DNA of 64,000 nt from Candidatus Kapaibacterium sp. (GCA_046297095.1 JBKCNS010000022.1:23756-87755), one strand, 5' to 3'; shown: positions 27,328-37,982, counted from the first letter of the stretch. The notes: a model not told the origin generated them from the sequence alone. Translations and numbers: made by a program.

Positions 27328-28062
27328 ATGGACAGAAGAACATTCATCGGTGGCACAGGAGCAGCCTTGTCTGCGGGCGTTGTTACAACAATGTCGCCAA
27401 TGGCAGCGGTGGCCGCGCGAGCGGAAAAAGTTGAGAGAGCCGAGAGAATCGTTGGCACTCCACTCAGCTTCGAAAACCTGCCCTATCCCTACGATGCACT
27501 AGAGCCCTACATCGATGCCAAGACCATGGAACTTCATCACAGCAAGCATCACCGGGCGTATTTCGACGGTCTGCAAAAAGCAGAAGCCGAGTTGAAGAAG
27601 TGCCGTGAGAGCGGGGATTTCTCCATGATCGAGTACTGGAGCAAGAAGGCAGCATTTCATGCCGGAGGGCATTACCTGCACTCGATGTTCTGGAAGGTGA
27701 TGGCACCTGCAGGCCAGGGTGGAGGCGGCACACCGGACGGCATCTTGGGCGCAGCCATTGCGGAGAACTTCGGCTCGTTTGATGCATTCAAAAAGCAATT
27801 CACCGCTGCGGCTGTGGCGGTAGAGGGATCCGGATGGGCGCTGTTGCATTTCCGCACTGCCGATAAACAACTTGTGATACTGCAAGCAGAGAACCAACAC
27901 AAGCTCACACAATGGGGTACGGTTCCCATTATGGGTATTGATGTGTGGGAGCACGCGTATTATTTGAAGTATCAAAACCGCCGCGCTGACTATGTAAACG
28001 CTTGGTGGAACGTAGTGAATTGGAAGCAAGTGGAACAGAATCTCTTTGCGGCCTCCAGATAA
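27328..28062 (+). CDS. Fe/Mn superoxide dismutase with twin-arginine signal peptide
   Basis: LPYPYDALEP, HHSKHH, GGHYLH..FW, GSGW, DVWEHAYY; N-terminus MDRRTFIG plus hydrophobic stretch. Confidence 0.92.
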   Translation: MDRRTFIGGTGAALSAGVVTTMSPMAAVAARAEKVERAERIVGTPLSFENLPYPYDALEPYIDAKTMELHHSKHHRAYFDGLQKAEAELKKCRESGDFSMIEYWSKKAAFHAGGHYLHSMFWKVMAPAGQGGGGTPDGILGAAIAENFGSFDAFKKQFTAAAVAVEGSGWALLHFRTADKQLVILQAENQHKLTQWGTVPIMGIDVWEHAYYLKYQNRRADYVNAWWNVVNWKQVEQNLFAASR

Positions 28063-28083
28063 ACTAAGCTCAACCTGTAGTTC

Positions 28084-30174
28084 ATGACATTCCTCAATCC
28101 TCTGGTACTTCTTGGTTTGGCGGCTGCAAGCATTCCGTTGCTCTTGCATTTGCTGAATCTTCGAAAGCTCCGAACAGTGCAGTTCAGCTCACTGCGATTT
28201 CTCAAAGAAATAGAGAAGACGCAGATACGATCGCTCAAACTGCAACAGCTGTTACTGCTGCTACTGCGCACCTTGATTATCGTCTGCGCGGTGCTGGCAT
28301 TTGCTCGCCCGATATTGCAAAGCAGTGTTCCTGTGGTAGGCGGACATGTTCCCACCAGCGTGGTGATTCTGCTGGATGATTCCTACAGCATGGACTACAG
28401 CGACGAGCGCGGGCTGCGCTTTCAGCAAGCAAAGCGAGCCGCCCTTGGCATCTGCGAGGGCCTCAAAGACGGGGATGAACTTGCAGTGCTTACATCGTCG
28501 ATGGTAGGAAGCAGAGCTAAAGCGTCGTTTGTACGAAATATTCAGATGGTGCGTGAGCAAGTGCAGCGAGCAGAAACGTCGCCGGGTACCGCGAAGATCT
28601 CGGATCTGCTGCGGCAAGCATCCGCATTGATGCCCGAGGCCTTGAACTTTCATCGTGAAGTATACATTATTACCGACGCGCAGTTCAATGCTTTTGGCAC
28701 ATCGCAAGATTCCGCCGCCATAGCACCGGGCGATGCACGCGTGTATCTTATCCCCATTGGCTCCAATGCAAAGACCAACGGGCAGAACTTGAGTGTTGAT
28801 ACCGTAGCTGTTACATCGGCCATTTTTCAAAAAGGTTCGCCTGTAAGTGTCGATGCCCGCATTCGCAACACGAGTGCTGTGGATGCGTCGGGAGTTGTAG
28901 TACGCATGATGTTGAATGGCACAGCCGTAGCTCAGCGATCGGTGGATGTTCCGGCAAATTCCGTACGCGCGGTATCGCTGTCGGCGCCCGTGCAAGCGCA
29001 GGGTGTGGTGCGCGGATCTGTAGAGATCGAGGGCGATGCCGTAGCGCAAGACAACAAGCGGTGGTTTGCATTTCACATCCCGCCTGCTCCCAATGTTGTG
29101 CTCGTTACATCGCAGCTACGTTCGTCCTTTGTGCGCGCATTGTATCAAGTGGAGTCTGCAAAAGGATTGTTCGCTCTGCGTACCGCAAGTGTTTCCGAGC
29201 TGGGTGCGCTGGATCTGGACAAAACCGATGTGATCATGCTCACGGAGAGTGTTCCTGTGGCACAACATCGCAGACTTCTGGAGTATGTGCAGCGTGGTGG
29301 AGCGCTGGTGGTGTTTAGTCCCGGCGATGACGCGGATTTTTCCGCCTTCCTGCAGCAACTGGGTTTGGGCATAATTGCTCATGCAAGCTTTGCTCAAAGT
29401 GAGCCCGGCGGCTTTGCCGGCACCGATAAAACGCATCCGCTGTTTGCCGGAGTGTTCTCCGCAAGCTTGCAAAAGACTATCGTGGAGTCCCCAAAAATTT
29501 TCGATGCCTATCCTTGTACCGGCGGGCAGCCAATCATCACTATGGCTCGCGGTTCGTTCCTGGCAGAGAATACCGTAGGAGAAGGGCGGGTGTTGTACTG
29601 CGCGGTTTCTCCTACCTTGCAAGCGAGTTCCTTTCCGCTTACAGGATTGTTTCCGGTGGTTGTGCTTCGCAGCATACCGTACACACGTCATCGCGAGCAA
29701 AGTGTGAAGTCGGTGATCTGTGGTGAGTCTGCGGTGATGACCTTGCCCCAACGTTTGGGGGATGTGTCGCGCGTAAAAATTGTGGATCCTCTGGGTGGCA
29801 CGACCGTCAGGGACCTTGCGATGCTTCCCGCCGGTGCTGTGCTCGATCCCGGCCCGCTTACGGTTCCCGGCGTAACGGTTATTCAAAGCACGGAGAATGC
29901 AGAGAATGCAGATATTACTGCCGTTGCGGCAAATGCGCCTTCAGAGGAATCGCGCACGGAGTACTATGCACCCGCGGACGCATTGCGCCGCCTGAACTCC
30001 ATGCTACCCGCCGATAAACCGGCCACCGTGCTCGAGTCTACCAGCAGATTCCGTGATATCGTGGCTCGATCCCAAACAGGTACGGAACTCTGGAGATTGT
30101 TTGTGATATTAGCAATTGTCTTTGCCCTTGCAGAGATGGTAGTAGCTCGAAGAGTGGCAGTGGCCTCTGTCTGA
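28084..30174 (+). CDS. BatA-domain / vWA membrane-anchored protein
   Basis: MTFLNP...IPLLLHL...FSSLRFL...LLLRTL...AFARP (BatA), DDSYSM MIDAS, ITD, CARDB-like and GATase-like regions, C-terminal ELW..TM. Confidence 0.85.
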   Translation: MTFLNPLVLLGLAAASIPLLLHLLNLRKLRTVQFSSLRFLKEIEKTQIRSLKLQQLLLLLLRTLIIVCAVLAFARPILQSSVPVVGGHVPTSVVILLDDSYSMDYSDERGLRFQQAKRAALGICEGLKDGDELAVLTSSMVGSRAKASFVRNIQMVREQVQRAETSPGTAKISDLLRQASALMPEALNFHREVYIITDAQFNAFGTSQDSAAIAPGDARVYLIPIGSNAKTNGQNLSVDTVAVTSAIFQKGSPVSVDARIRNTSAVDASGVVVRMMLNGTAVAQRSVDVPANSVRAVSLSAPVQAQGVVRGSVEIEGDAVAQDNKRWFAFHIPPAPNVVLVTSQLRSSFVRALYQVESAKGLFALRTASVSELGALDLDKTDVIMLTESVPVAQHRRLLEYVQRGGALVVFSPGDDADFSAFLQQLGLGIIAHASFAQSEPGGFAGTDKTHPLFAGVFSASLQKTIVESPKIFDAYPCTGGQPIITMARGSFLAENTVGEGRVLYCAVSPTLQASSFPLTGLFPVVVLRSIPYTRHREQSVKSVICGESAVMTLPQRLGDVSRVKIVDPLGGTTVRDLAMLPAGAVLDPGPLTVPGVTVIQSTENAENADITAVAANAPSEESRTEYYAPADALRRLNSMLPADKPATVLESTSRFRDIVARSQTGTELWRLFVILAIVFALAEMVVARRVAVASV

Positions 30175-30314
30175 GTGAGGCGACGGTCAGGTAAGCGTCA
30201 GGGTTACAATCAGGGCGCCAGTCAGACCGAGAATCACATCATGTATCGCGCGCTGTGATTGCAGCGCGTAATCCTGTGAATTGAGAATATTGTTGTTGTG
30301 AAGTCAGTACCCCT

Positions 30315-31241
30315 ATGACGCTTCCGAAACTACATCCGGAGTTAGCCGCGCTTCGCCTTAAAGAGATTTCTTTGAAGGAGGAATTGCATCAGATACTCTA
30401 CGACGTATTCGTGCTGGAGCATGATACCTTCAAAGAGCTGAGCGCGCGGTACACGGAGTATTTCGGAGAGGCAGAGACAGCGTTACAACACGCTACATTG
30501 AAGGCCTCGGAGATGCAGAGGCGTGTGGAACTTGTGGTGATACGCTCGCGCCACGGAAAGCAGATCACCAGAGAGGAAATGGAGCACATCAATGCTATGG
30601 TGGATCGCGAGTTCTCGGTATATCACCGAAGCATGGACAGCGAAAAACGCCGGGCTTCAGAGGCGCGCACAGCCAAACGGCACGCTGCGGAAAACAATCA
30701 ATCGCGAAGTGCGGAACAGGTGCGTGAGCGTCAGAGCTTGTATCGCCAGCTGGTAAAAGTGTTGCATCCGGATGTAACCCGGGATGAATCGCTGTTCGGA
30801 AAATTTTGGTTACTGGTAACCGATGCATACGAACGGCACGACCTGCCGCGGCTGCGATCTATTCACGGGGCAGTATGTTCGAACGCAGTGATTGCGCATG
30901 AGTCGGGCGAAGGTGTGTCGTATACGGAAGCCGAGCAAGCAGTGCATCGATTGGAAATGCGCGTGGACTACGAGCGCCGCAAGTACGCACGGCTACTTAC
31001 CGAGGAACCCTATCGTTTGCAAAGCATGCTGGCAGACGAGCAAGCGCGCGCAGCACATGCAGAGCAGTTGAGACGGATGATCGAACGTCAGGAACGCATT
31101 GTTCAAGCGGGAGCGGAACAACTTCGGGCGCTGGTCGGCAACGATTGGGAGAGCGCACGCACGCAGAATCCTGATTTGAAAGAAGAGTTTGATTTTCAAG
31201 ATGATTTTATTGAGAACACCTATTTCTCCATGAGGGCTTAA
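30315..31241 (+). CDS. coiled-coil protein with internal J-domain-like HPD motif
   Basis: LYRQLVKVLHPD...DAYE between long helical segments. Confidence 0.7.
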   Translation: MTLPKLHPELAALRLKEISLKEELHQILYDVFVLEHDTFKELSARYTEYFGEAETALQHATLKASEMQRRVELVVIRSRHGKQITREEMEHINAMVDREFSVYHRSMDSEKRRASEARTAKRHAAENNQSRSAEQVRERQSLYRQLVKVLHPDVTRDESLFGKFWLLVTDAYERHDLPRLRSIHGAVCSNAVIAHESGEGVSYTEAEQAVHRLEMRVDYERRKYARLLTEEPYRLQSMLADEQARAAHAEQLRRMIERQERIVQAGAEQLRALVGNDWESARTQNPDLKEEFDFQDDFIENTYFSMRA

Positions 31242-31247
31242 TCTACT

Positions 31248-32177
31248 ATGAGCGAGAATGTAATAGAACTTAAAGACGTTGTGAAGCGGTATGGCACGTA
31301 TGTGGCCACGAACAACGTCAGCATGGACATCGCCAAGGGGCGCATCTTTGGACTGCTGGGACCGAACGGCGCCGGCAAGACCACCATACTTCGTATGATT
31401 ACCAATATCCTCATTCAGGATAGCGGCACAATTACCGTGCTTGGCGAGCCCGTGAGCTCGCATCAGCAGGAGCGCATAGGCTATCTCCCTGAGGAGCGTG
31501 GCTTGTACAAGAATCTAAAAGTGATCGAGCAGATTCGGTACTTCGGAGAGCTGAAGGGATTGCCTACAGCCGAGGCTCTGCGCCGCGGCCGAGCATGGCT
31601 CAAGCGTTTGGGCGCCGAGGAATGGGAGAACAAAAAGATTCGCGAACTCTCTAAAGGCATGAGCCAGAAAGTGCAGTTTATTACCACTGTGTTGCATCAT
31701 CCTCCGCTGCTCATACTTGATGAGCCGTTCAGCGGATTAGACCCGGTGAATGCCGATTTGCTTATTGAAGTTATACAAGAGCTTCGCGCCGCGGGATCCA
31801 GCATTATTCTGTCTACGCACGTTATGGAGCAAGTGGAGCGCTTGTGCGACGACATCGCTTTGGTGAATAAAGGAAGAATACTGCTTTCAGGATCGGTGCG
31901 GGAAGTGAGGTCGCGGTACGGTAAAAACACGATGCTTCTTGAGTACGAGGGCTCGGACCACTTTGTGCAGTCGCTCACGGATGTTGATGTGCTGATGCAA
32001 AGCGAGGGCAGAGTGGAACTGCGATTGATGAATGGAGCGTCGCAATTGAACCAAGTGCTCATGGCAGCAATGAATAGTGTGTCGATTATTCGGTGCGAAC
32101 TGGCCGAGCCCCGCTTGCACGACATCTTCGTAGAAGAAGTTCAAAACGATGAACAATCAGCAAAGGAAGGAGCATAA
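31248..32177 (+). CDS. ABC-2 type transporter ATP-binding protein
   Basis: GPNGAGKTT, YLPEERGLY, LSKGM, ILDEPFSGLDP. Confidence 0.93.
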   Translation: MSENVIELKDVVKRYGTYVATNNVSMDIAKGRIFGLLGPNGAGKTTILRMITNILIQDSGTITVLGEPVSSHQQERIGYLPEERGLYKNLKVIEQIRYFGELKGLPTAEALRRGRAWLKRLGAEEWENKKIRELSKGMSQKVQFITTVLHHPPLLILDEPFSGLDPVNADLLIEVIQELRAAGSSIILSTHVMEQVERLCDDIALVNKGRILLSGSVREVRSRYGKNTMLLEYEGSDHFVQSLTDVDVLMQSEGRVELRLMNGASQLNQVLMAAMNSVSIIRCELAEPRLHDIFVEEVQNDEQSAKEGA

Positions 32178-32178
32178 C

Positions 32179-33447
32179 ATGAAAACATCTCGCATTGCGG
32201 TTATCGTTCGTCATGAAGTCCTTACGCGTATTCGCACAAAGGCATTTATACTCGCCACACTGCTTACACCCCTGGCCTTGGCGGCCTTCACGGTGTTGCC
32301 GGTTCTGGTTTCTGCGTGGTCTGAAGAGTCTGTAGAGTCTAAGGTTCATGTGTGCGATCAGTCAGGTATCATTGGCCAATCACTGGTAGATGAAGACACG
32401 TCGCTGTTTGTACTGAGCTCTAAATCGGTAGATGAGTTGCGCCAAGAAGTTACCGATGAATCCATAAAGGGATTCGTTGTGATACCGGCTACCTTTACCG
32501 ATACAGATACAGTGAATCTGTTCACTTCCGGTGGCGGAGGATTGAGCTTGCACGGCAGAGTAAAAGAGGCTGTTCGCAGTGTGATCAGGCATCAGCGAAT
32601 CATGCAGGCCGGTGCTACTCAGGCTATTCTGGAAGCCATGGATAAGAAGGTTGCTTACAAAGCCAAATCGTTGAGCGAGAAAGGCGAGGGGGCAGATGCA
32701 GCGGAGTTCAAAGTGATTGTTGGGTATATACTGTCGTTCGTGATCTACATGGCTATGTTTATCTACGGTGGCCTTGTGATGCGTGCGGTACTGGAGGAAA
32801 AGACCAATAGAATAGTAGAGGTACTTGCCTCGTCTGCACGGCCCTTCGAAATCATGTTCGGAAAAATTCTTGGTGTGGCCTGTGTGGGCCTGCTTCAGAT
32901 GATAGCGTGGATTGCATTAAGCATGATCATCACCTACGTGGCCGGCGCTCAGTACGCGCCGGGCGCAGCGGGCATGGCTGCGCAGTCCGGTACTGCTCCG
33001 AAGATAGTCGAGAGCATCAGCTCGCTGCCGCTGTGGTTGCCGGTAGCGTTTCTGTTCTATTTTCTTGCGGGATACTTTTTGTATTCGGCATTGTTTGCCG
33101 CTGTGGCTGCCGCTGCCAATCAGGAACAGGACGTACAGTCGTTGCAGATACCGGTATCGCTACCCTTGATGATACCCTTTCTGTTTATTGGCGCCGTGAT
33201 GAACAATCCCGACGGTACGCTTGCCACGGTGATGTCTATGATACCGCTGTTCACGCCTACCATTATGATTATACGAATCATGGCCACACAGGTTCCCGTG
33301 TGGCAGCTGATAGTGAGTTCTGTGTTGCTTGTGCTTACTTTTATAGGAGCAGTGTGGGCGGGAGGAAGAATCTATAGAGTGGGAATTCTCAGCTATGGTA
33401 AAAAGCCCTCGTACCGGGATTTGTTACGTTGGATGCTTCAAGGCTAA
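32179..33447 (+). CDS. ABC-2 type transporter permease (NatB/YhaP-like)
   Basis: EEKTNRIVEVL..S, GKILG, multiple TM helices; AAGGAG before the ATG. Confidence 0.9.
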   Translation: MKTSRIAVIVRHEVLTRIRTKAFILATLLTPLALAAFTVLPVLVSAWSEESVESKVHVCDQSGIIGQSLVDEDTSLFVLSSKSVDELRQEVTDESIKGFVVIPATFTDTDTVNLFTSGGGGLSLHGRVKEAVRSVIRHQRIMQAGATQAILEAMDKKVAYKAKSLSEKGEGADAAEFKVIVGYILSFVIYMAMFIYGGLVMRAVLEEKTNRIVEVLASSARPFEIMFGKILGVACVGLLQMIAWIALSMIITYVAGAQYAPGAAGMAAQSGTAPKIVESISSLPLWLPVAFLFYFLAGYFLYSALFAAVAAAANQEQDVQSLQIPVSLPLMIPFLFIGAVMNNPDGTLATVMSMIPLFTPTIMIIRIMATQVPVWQLIVSSVLLVLTFIGAVWAGGRIYRVGILSYGKKPSYRDLLRWMLQG

Positions 33448-33475
33448 ACGTCAGGATTTATGATTTCAGGTCACC

Positions 33476-34174
33476 ATGAATTTTGTTTTTGATTCGGTAA
33501 CTGTACGCTTCGACGGCATTCCCGTGCTGGACTCCGTGAGCTTCAATTTGCAGGCCGGCGGAGCTGTGCTACTTACCGGAGCCAGCGGTGCCGGTAAAAC
33601 CACGCTCCTGCGGCTGATGTATGGCGCTTGCCGTCCCTCTGCCGGAACCTTGCTCTTGAATGGTATGGATGCCGCTGCTATCAAGGCATCGAAGCTGCGC
33701 AAGCTGAGAACAAAGATGGGCGTGGTGTTTCAAGATGCACGGCTTATCCCTGCATTCACCGTGTATCAGAATGTGATGTTACCGCTAATTATTTCCGGAC
33801 ACTCCAAGCGTGCGGCCGACAGCCGTTGCCTGGATGTGATGAGCGACTTAGGCATCAGTTATTTACGGGAAAAATTTCCTGCGCAATTGTCGGGCGGCGA
33901 GCGGCAGCTGTGTGCCTTGGCCAGAGCGCTTGTGGCCTATCCTGATTGCATTGTTGCCGACGAACCAACCGCTCAGCTGGACAGCGGCTCGGTGGAGCGC
34001 ATAGTGCAAGCACTGATGCGTGAACATGCTCGCGGCGCTACGCTGATAGTTGCAACACACGACGAACTCGTGGTGCAACGTTTTTCGGGAGTGGGGCGCT
34101 TGCATCTGAACGAAGGCCGCATTGAGCACGCATTGATGCCCACTGTCGAAGTACCATCATCGGAGGTAGTATGA
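33476..34174 (+). CDS. ftsE: FtsE-like ATP-binding protein
   Basis: LTGASGAGKTTLL, GVVFQD.RL, TVYQNV, LSGGERQ, ADEPT.QLD, ATHD. Confidence 0.7.
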   Translation: MNFVFDSVTVRFDGIPVLDSVSFNLQAGGAVLLTGASGAGKTTLLRLMYGACRPSAGTLLLNGMDAAAIKASKLRKLRTKMGVVFQDARLIPAFTVYQNVMLPLIISGHSKRAADSRCLDVMSDLGISYLREKFPAQLSGGERQLCALARALVAYPDCIVADEPTAQLDSGSVERIVQALMREHARGATLIVATHDELVVQRFSGVGRLHLNEGRIEHALMPTVEVPSSEVV

Positions 34175-34902
34175 GGATTGCCTTGCTTGGATATGGGCGT
34201 ACCGGTAGGGAAGTGGAACGCATAGCAATTGAGCGAGGCCATCACGTGGTGCTTCGATGTACCTCTGCGCAGCCCTTGCACGACGCAACAGTCGATTTTG
34301 ATGTGGCTATCGATTTCTCCCTGCCGCATCTTGTGTTTGGCCATGTGGCCTATTGTTTGGATCGCTCCAAACCTATGGTGATTGGAACCACCGGTTGGCA
34401 CGACAAAATTCCCGCACTCAAAGAGTTAGCCGCGCAAACCTCGGCTTCTATTGTGTACGGATCGAACTTCTCTTTGGGTATGCATGTGGTTCGTGATCTG
34501 GTTACCACACTTGCAAAGCATGTGGATGACATAGAAGACTACGACATAGCAATTCAGGAAGTTCATCACAGCATGAAGCTGGACGCACCGGGGGGCACGG
34601 CCCTTACTCTGGCGCAGATCATCTTGGACAACGTGAATCGCAAAACGTCCGTTCAGTCCGACACCAACGGTGGAATTGCCCCGCAGGCCTTGTCTGTAGC
34701 GGCGCTCAGGGTGGGCAGTGTTCCAGGCACGCACACGGTTGTGGCCGACTCCGCCGATGATACTATCGAAGTGATTCATCGCGCAAAGAACAGGCAGGGC
34801 TTTGCTCGCGGCGCTGTTCGTGCGGCTGAGTGGATTGCCTGCAACCCCGGCTGCCATGATGTGTCTGATGTGTTTCATCACATCGTGAGTTTCCGCGCCT
34901 GA
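34171..34902 (+). CDS. dapB: 4-hydroxy-tetrahydrodipicolinate reductase
   Basis: GYG..G, IDFS, IGTTGW, SNFS.G, EVHH..KLDAP.GTA, R.GFA.GA. Confidence 0.92.
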   Translation: MRIALLGYGRTGREVERIAIERGHHVVLRCTSAQPLHDATVDFDVAIDFSLPHLVFGHVAYCLDRSKPMVIGTTGWHDKIPALKELAAQTSASIVYGSNFSLGMHVVRDLVTTLAKHVDDIEDYDIAIQEVHHSMKLDAPGGTALTLAQIILDNVNRKTSVQSDTNGGIAPQALSVAALRVGSVPGTHTVVADSADDTIEVIHRAKNRQGFARGAVRAAEWIACNPGCHDVSDVFHHIVSFRA

Positions 34903-35807
34903 TGTCTGCGACATTTGATATCATCATACCTACCTACAACAATCGCCGCGAACTTCAAGCGTGCTTAGAAGGCTTTGCTCGCCAGAGTTTTACATCGTTT
35001 CGAGTACTCGTGTGCGTGGATGGTTCCACCGACGACACTTTGCAGTGGCTGCATGAGCAGAGTTTTGTTTTTGAATGCAGTGTTCAGCAGCATCCGGATG
35101 CACAGAATCACGGGCGCAATGCTACGCGCAATCTGGCGCTGCCCTTGCTGCGCGCGGAGTTTCTCTGCTTTGTGGACTCAGACCTGGTGCCGGCTCCGGA
35201 CTTGCTTCAACGCCACTACGATGTGCTCTGTGCTCGCGACTGTGTATCCGTTGGAGACGTGCACTACGCCGATGCCTCCACGAATGTATGGGCGGCCTAT
35301 TCGCAGTCTAGAGGTAAGAATAAATACAGGGATGGTGCCGAGATTCCCTATTACTACCTGGCCACAGGGAACTGCGCTCATCGCACCAAACACTTCACCG
35401 CAATCGGTGGTCAGGATGCGTCGATGACGCGATACGGCGGCGGTGATACGGAATACGCATTGCGTTTACATGCCCATGCCGCGCTACCGGTAGTGTTTAC
35501 TCAAAGCGCTGGTTGCACGGGTACCATGAACCGAACGCTGGATACAGCGCTGCAGCTCTTCGAAGAATGCGGTCGCACGAATTTGCGCACTATTCACAAG
35601 CGCCATCCTCACGAGCTTGCCGTGTTCTATCTGTATCGCTTAACCGGCCACCGCATCAGTGATAAGCTGTTTAGAATGTGCCTGCAACGCAGCATAGCAA
35701 ACGCCGCTCAAGCTCTGGCGCCTTTGCTTCCCGCTTCACTAGCGGTGGTCTGTATCAACTACTGCATCATCACCCGCCTGTGGCTGGGATGGAAGAGCTC
35801 GTCGTAA
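34902..35807 (+). CDS. glycosyltransferase family 2
   Basis: IIIPTYN, DGSTDDT, RN, FVDSD. Confidence 0.88.
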   Translation: MSATFDIIIPTYNNRRELQACLEGFARQSFTSFRVLVCVDGSTDDTLQWLHEQSFVFECSVQQHPDAQNHGRNATRNLALPLLRAEFLCFVDSDLVPAPDLLQRHYDVLCARDCVSVGDVHYADASTNVWAAYSQSRGKNKYRDGAEIPYYYLATGNCAHRTKHFTAIGGQDASMTRYGGGDTEYALRLHAHAALPVVFTQSAGCTGTMNRTLDTALQLFEECGRTNLRTIHKRHPHELAVFYLYRLTGHRISDKLFRMCLQRSIANAAQALAPLLPASLAVVCINYCIITRLWLGWKSSS

Positions 35808-35840
35808 CGCGTGCGCATGGCGTCCGCGCCGGCTCGCTTC

Positions 35841-35900
35841 ACTCTAGAAAACTCTAGCAAACTCTAGTCTACTCTAGTCTACTCTAGTCTACTCTAGTAT
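35841..35900. repeat. tandem repeat, 6 x 10 bp (actctagNNN) that includes the proS stop codon
   Basis: actctagaaa/actctagcaa/actctagtct x3/actctagtat. Confidence 0.93.
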
Positions 35901-37360
35901 GCCTTTGCGAACAATACCCTCTGCGTACTTGGTGCGCCGGTCAAGACACATCGACCATCTTCCTGTGGGTTGTTCAAAGGAATGCAACGAATGGTTGCTT
36001 TGGTGCGCTCTTTAATAGCTTCTTCCGTAGCCGATGTGCCGTCCCAATGTGCGCTGATAAATCCGCCTTTGGTTTCCAGCACCGAGCAGAACTCTTCGAA
36101 GGTATCTACCTTCGTGATGTTGTCGTTCAAAAAGCTTTGTGCCCGCTTGAACATGTTGGACTGAATGTCGTCCAGTAGGCTGCGAATGGCTTCTACACAG
36201 GTGTCCATGGGCACGGTCATTTTTTCTTTGGTGTCGCGGCGGGCCAGCTCAACGGTACCGTTTTCCAAATCACGTTTGCCTATAGCAACACGAACGGGAA
36301 TTCCCTTCAGCTCGTATTCGGCAAACTTGAAGCCGCTGCGTTTGTTGTCGTCCGTATCATACTTTACGGAAACTCCTGCGGCCTTAAGCTTCTCGATAAT
36401 GCCTTGTGCCGCTGCATCAACTTCGGCGCCGGTGGTTGGGATGGGGATGATCACAACTTGATACGGAGCAAGGCGGGGGGGCAATACCAGTCCATCGTCG
36501 TCCGAGTGGGCCATAATAAGCGCGCCAACCAAACGTGTGGAGACACCCCATGATGTGGCCCATACGTATTCCAGCTGGTTTTGCGAATTGGAGAACTGAA
36601 CGTCGAAGGCCTTGGCAAAGTTCTGCCCCAAAAAGTGAGAAGTACCTGCTTGAAGTGCCTTGCCGTCTTGCATCAAGGCCTCGATGCAATAGGTTTCTTC
36701 GGCTCCGGCAAAACGCTCTTGCGCAGTCTTTACACCACGAATCACGGGCATGGCCATAACGTTCTCGGCAAAGTCTGCGTACACATGAAGCATACGCTCG
36801 GCTTCCTCAACTGCTTCTTGTTTGGAGGCATGAGCCGTGTGGCCTTCCTGCCACAAAAATTCCGCAGTGCGAAGGAAAGGGCGAGTCCGCATTTCCCATC
36901 GAACCACGTTTGCCCATTGATTGATGAGCAATGGCAAGTCTCGGTAGGACTGAATCCAATCTTTGTAGGTATTCCAGATAATGGTCTCGGAAGTGGGGCG
37001 CACGATAAGTTCTTCCTCCAGCTTCGCAGAGGGATCCACAATCACTCCGCTGCCATCGGGTGCATTCATCAGGCGGTGGTGGGTTACCACGGCGCATTCT
37101 TTGGCGAAGCCGTCTACGTGCGCAGCTTCTTTGCTCAAAAAGCTCTTCGGGATGAACAGAGGGAAATAGGCATTCACGTGCCCCGTGGCTTTGAATCGCT
37201 TATCCAGCTCGTCGCGCATATTCTCCCAAATGGCATAGCCGTGCGGCTTGATCACCATACATCCGCGCACCGCCGAGTGGTCGGCCATGCCTGCCTTCGA
37301 GATAATATCGTTGTACCAAGCGGAATAGTCTGTAGCGCGCGGTGTGATGTCCTTAGCCAT
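35894..37360 (-). CDS. proS: proline--tRNA ligase (archaeal/eukaryotic-like type common in Bacteroidota)
   Basis: [51 protein letters not shown]-terminal FAKAY; TACTTTTG at 37402-37409 (minus). Confidence 0.96.
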   Translation of the reverse strand: MAKDITPRATDYSAWYNDIISKAGMADHSAVRGCMVIKPHGYAIWENMRDELDKRFKATGHVNAYFPLFIPKSFLSKEAAHVDGFAKECAVVTHHRLMNAPDGSGVIVDPSAKLEEELIVRPTSETIIWNTYKDWIQSYRDLPLLINQWANVVRWEMRTRPFLRTAEFLWQEGHTAHASKQEAVEEAERMLHVYADFAENVMAMPVIRGVKTAQERFAGAEETYCIEALMQDGKALQAGTSHFLGQNFAKAFDVQFSNSQNQLEYVWATSWGVSTRLVGALIMAHSDDDGLVLPPRLAPYQVVIIPIPTTGAEVDAAAQGIIEKLKAAGVSVKYDTDDNKRSGFKFAEYELKGIPVRVAIGKRDLENGTVELARRDTKEKMTVPMDTCVEAIRSLLDDIQSNMFKRAQSFLNDNITKVDTFEEFCSVLETKGGFISAHWDGTSATEEAIKERTKATIRCIPLNNPQEDGRCVLTGAPSTQRVLFAKAY

Positions 37361-37571
37361 ACGTGTAGAGTTCGAAGTTTTGGATGAAAAAATAAAGCCC
37401 GCAAAAGTACGAAGCCACGGCCCAGCACTCCACAATGCGTCTGTGATTGCTGTATACAGACTCGCCGGATATTTTTTATAAAAAGCCGACCGACCGGTCG
37501 GTCTGAATCGTATTTTTGCCGCATCACATTGTCTTTTGTTTTACTGTCGTACGTTTTAGGAGAAGACTCAC

Positions 37572-37937
37572 ATGGATAGAAAAGCTTGGCTGGAGAACAT
37601 TGGTCGCATCATCGATTCGATGGATGCTGAAGGTTTCGCAGCGCTCATCACAGAGAACGGCACGTTCCGCTTCGGCAACATGCCGGCAGTGGTAGGTCGT
37701 GCAAACATTGCTGAAACCGTTCGGAACTTTTGGTCGATGATCAAGAATTCTGAAAATCACGAAGTGGTGGATTTTTGGGAGAAGCCCGGGTCGGTAGTGT
37801 GGCAGGGCTCTGTGCTGTATACACGCATGGACGGTCGCCAGGTAAAAGTTCAGTTCACGAACATTTTTCACATGGATGGTGATCTCATTCAAGATTACCT
37901 GATCTACATCGACAACGGTCCGCTGTGGGAAGCGTAA
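37572..37937 (+). CDS. SnoaL/NTF2-like protein
   Basis: FRFGN.P.V.GR, Y.R.DG, YLIYID pattern; own TATTTTTG (37511-37518) and terminator. Confidence 0.8.
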   Translation: MDRKAWLENIGRIIDSMDAEGFAALITENGTFRFGNMPAVVGRANIAETVRNFWSMIKNSENHEVVDFWEKPGSVVWQGSVLYTRMDGRQVKVQFTNIFHMDGDLIQDYLIYIDNGPLWEA

Positions 37938-37982
37938 AGAAAAGAAACGCAAAGCTCACTCTCACTTCGCACACACATTTGT

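Noticed and set aside
28261-29886. Long antisense ORFs (271 and 256 aa; similar ones at 10944, 14036, 17093, 36581)
   Set aside because: They are shadows of well-supported genes on the opposite strand and show no protein motifs.
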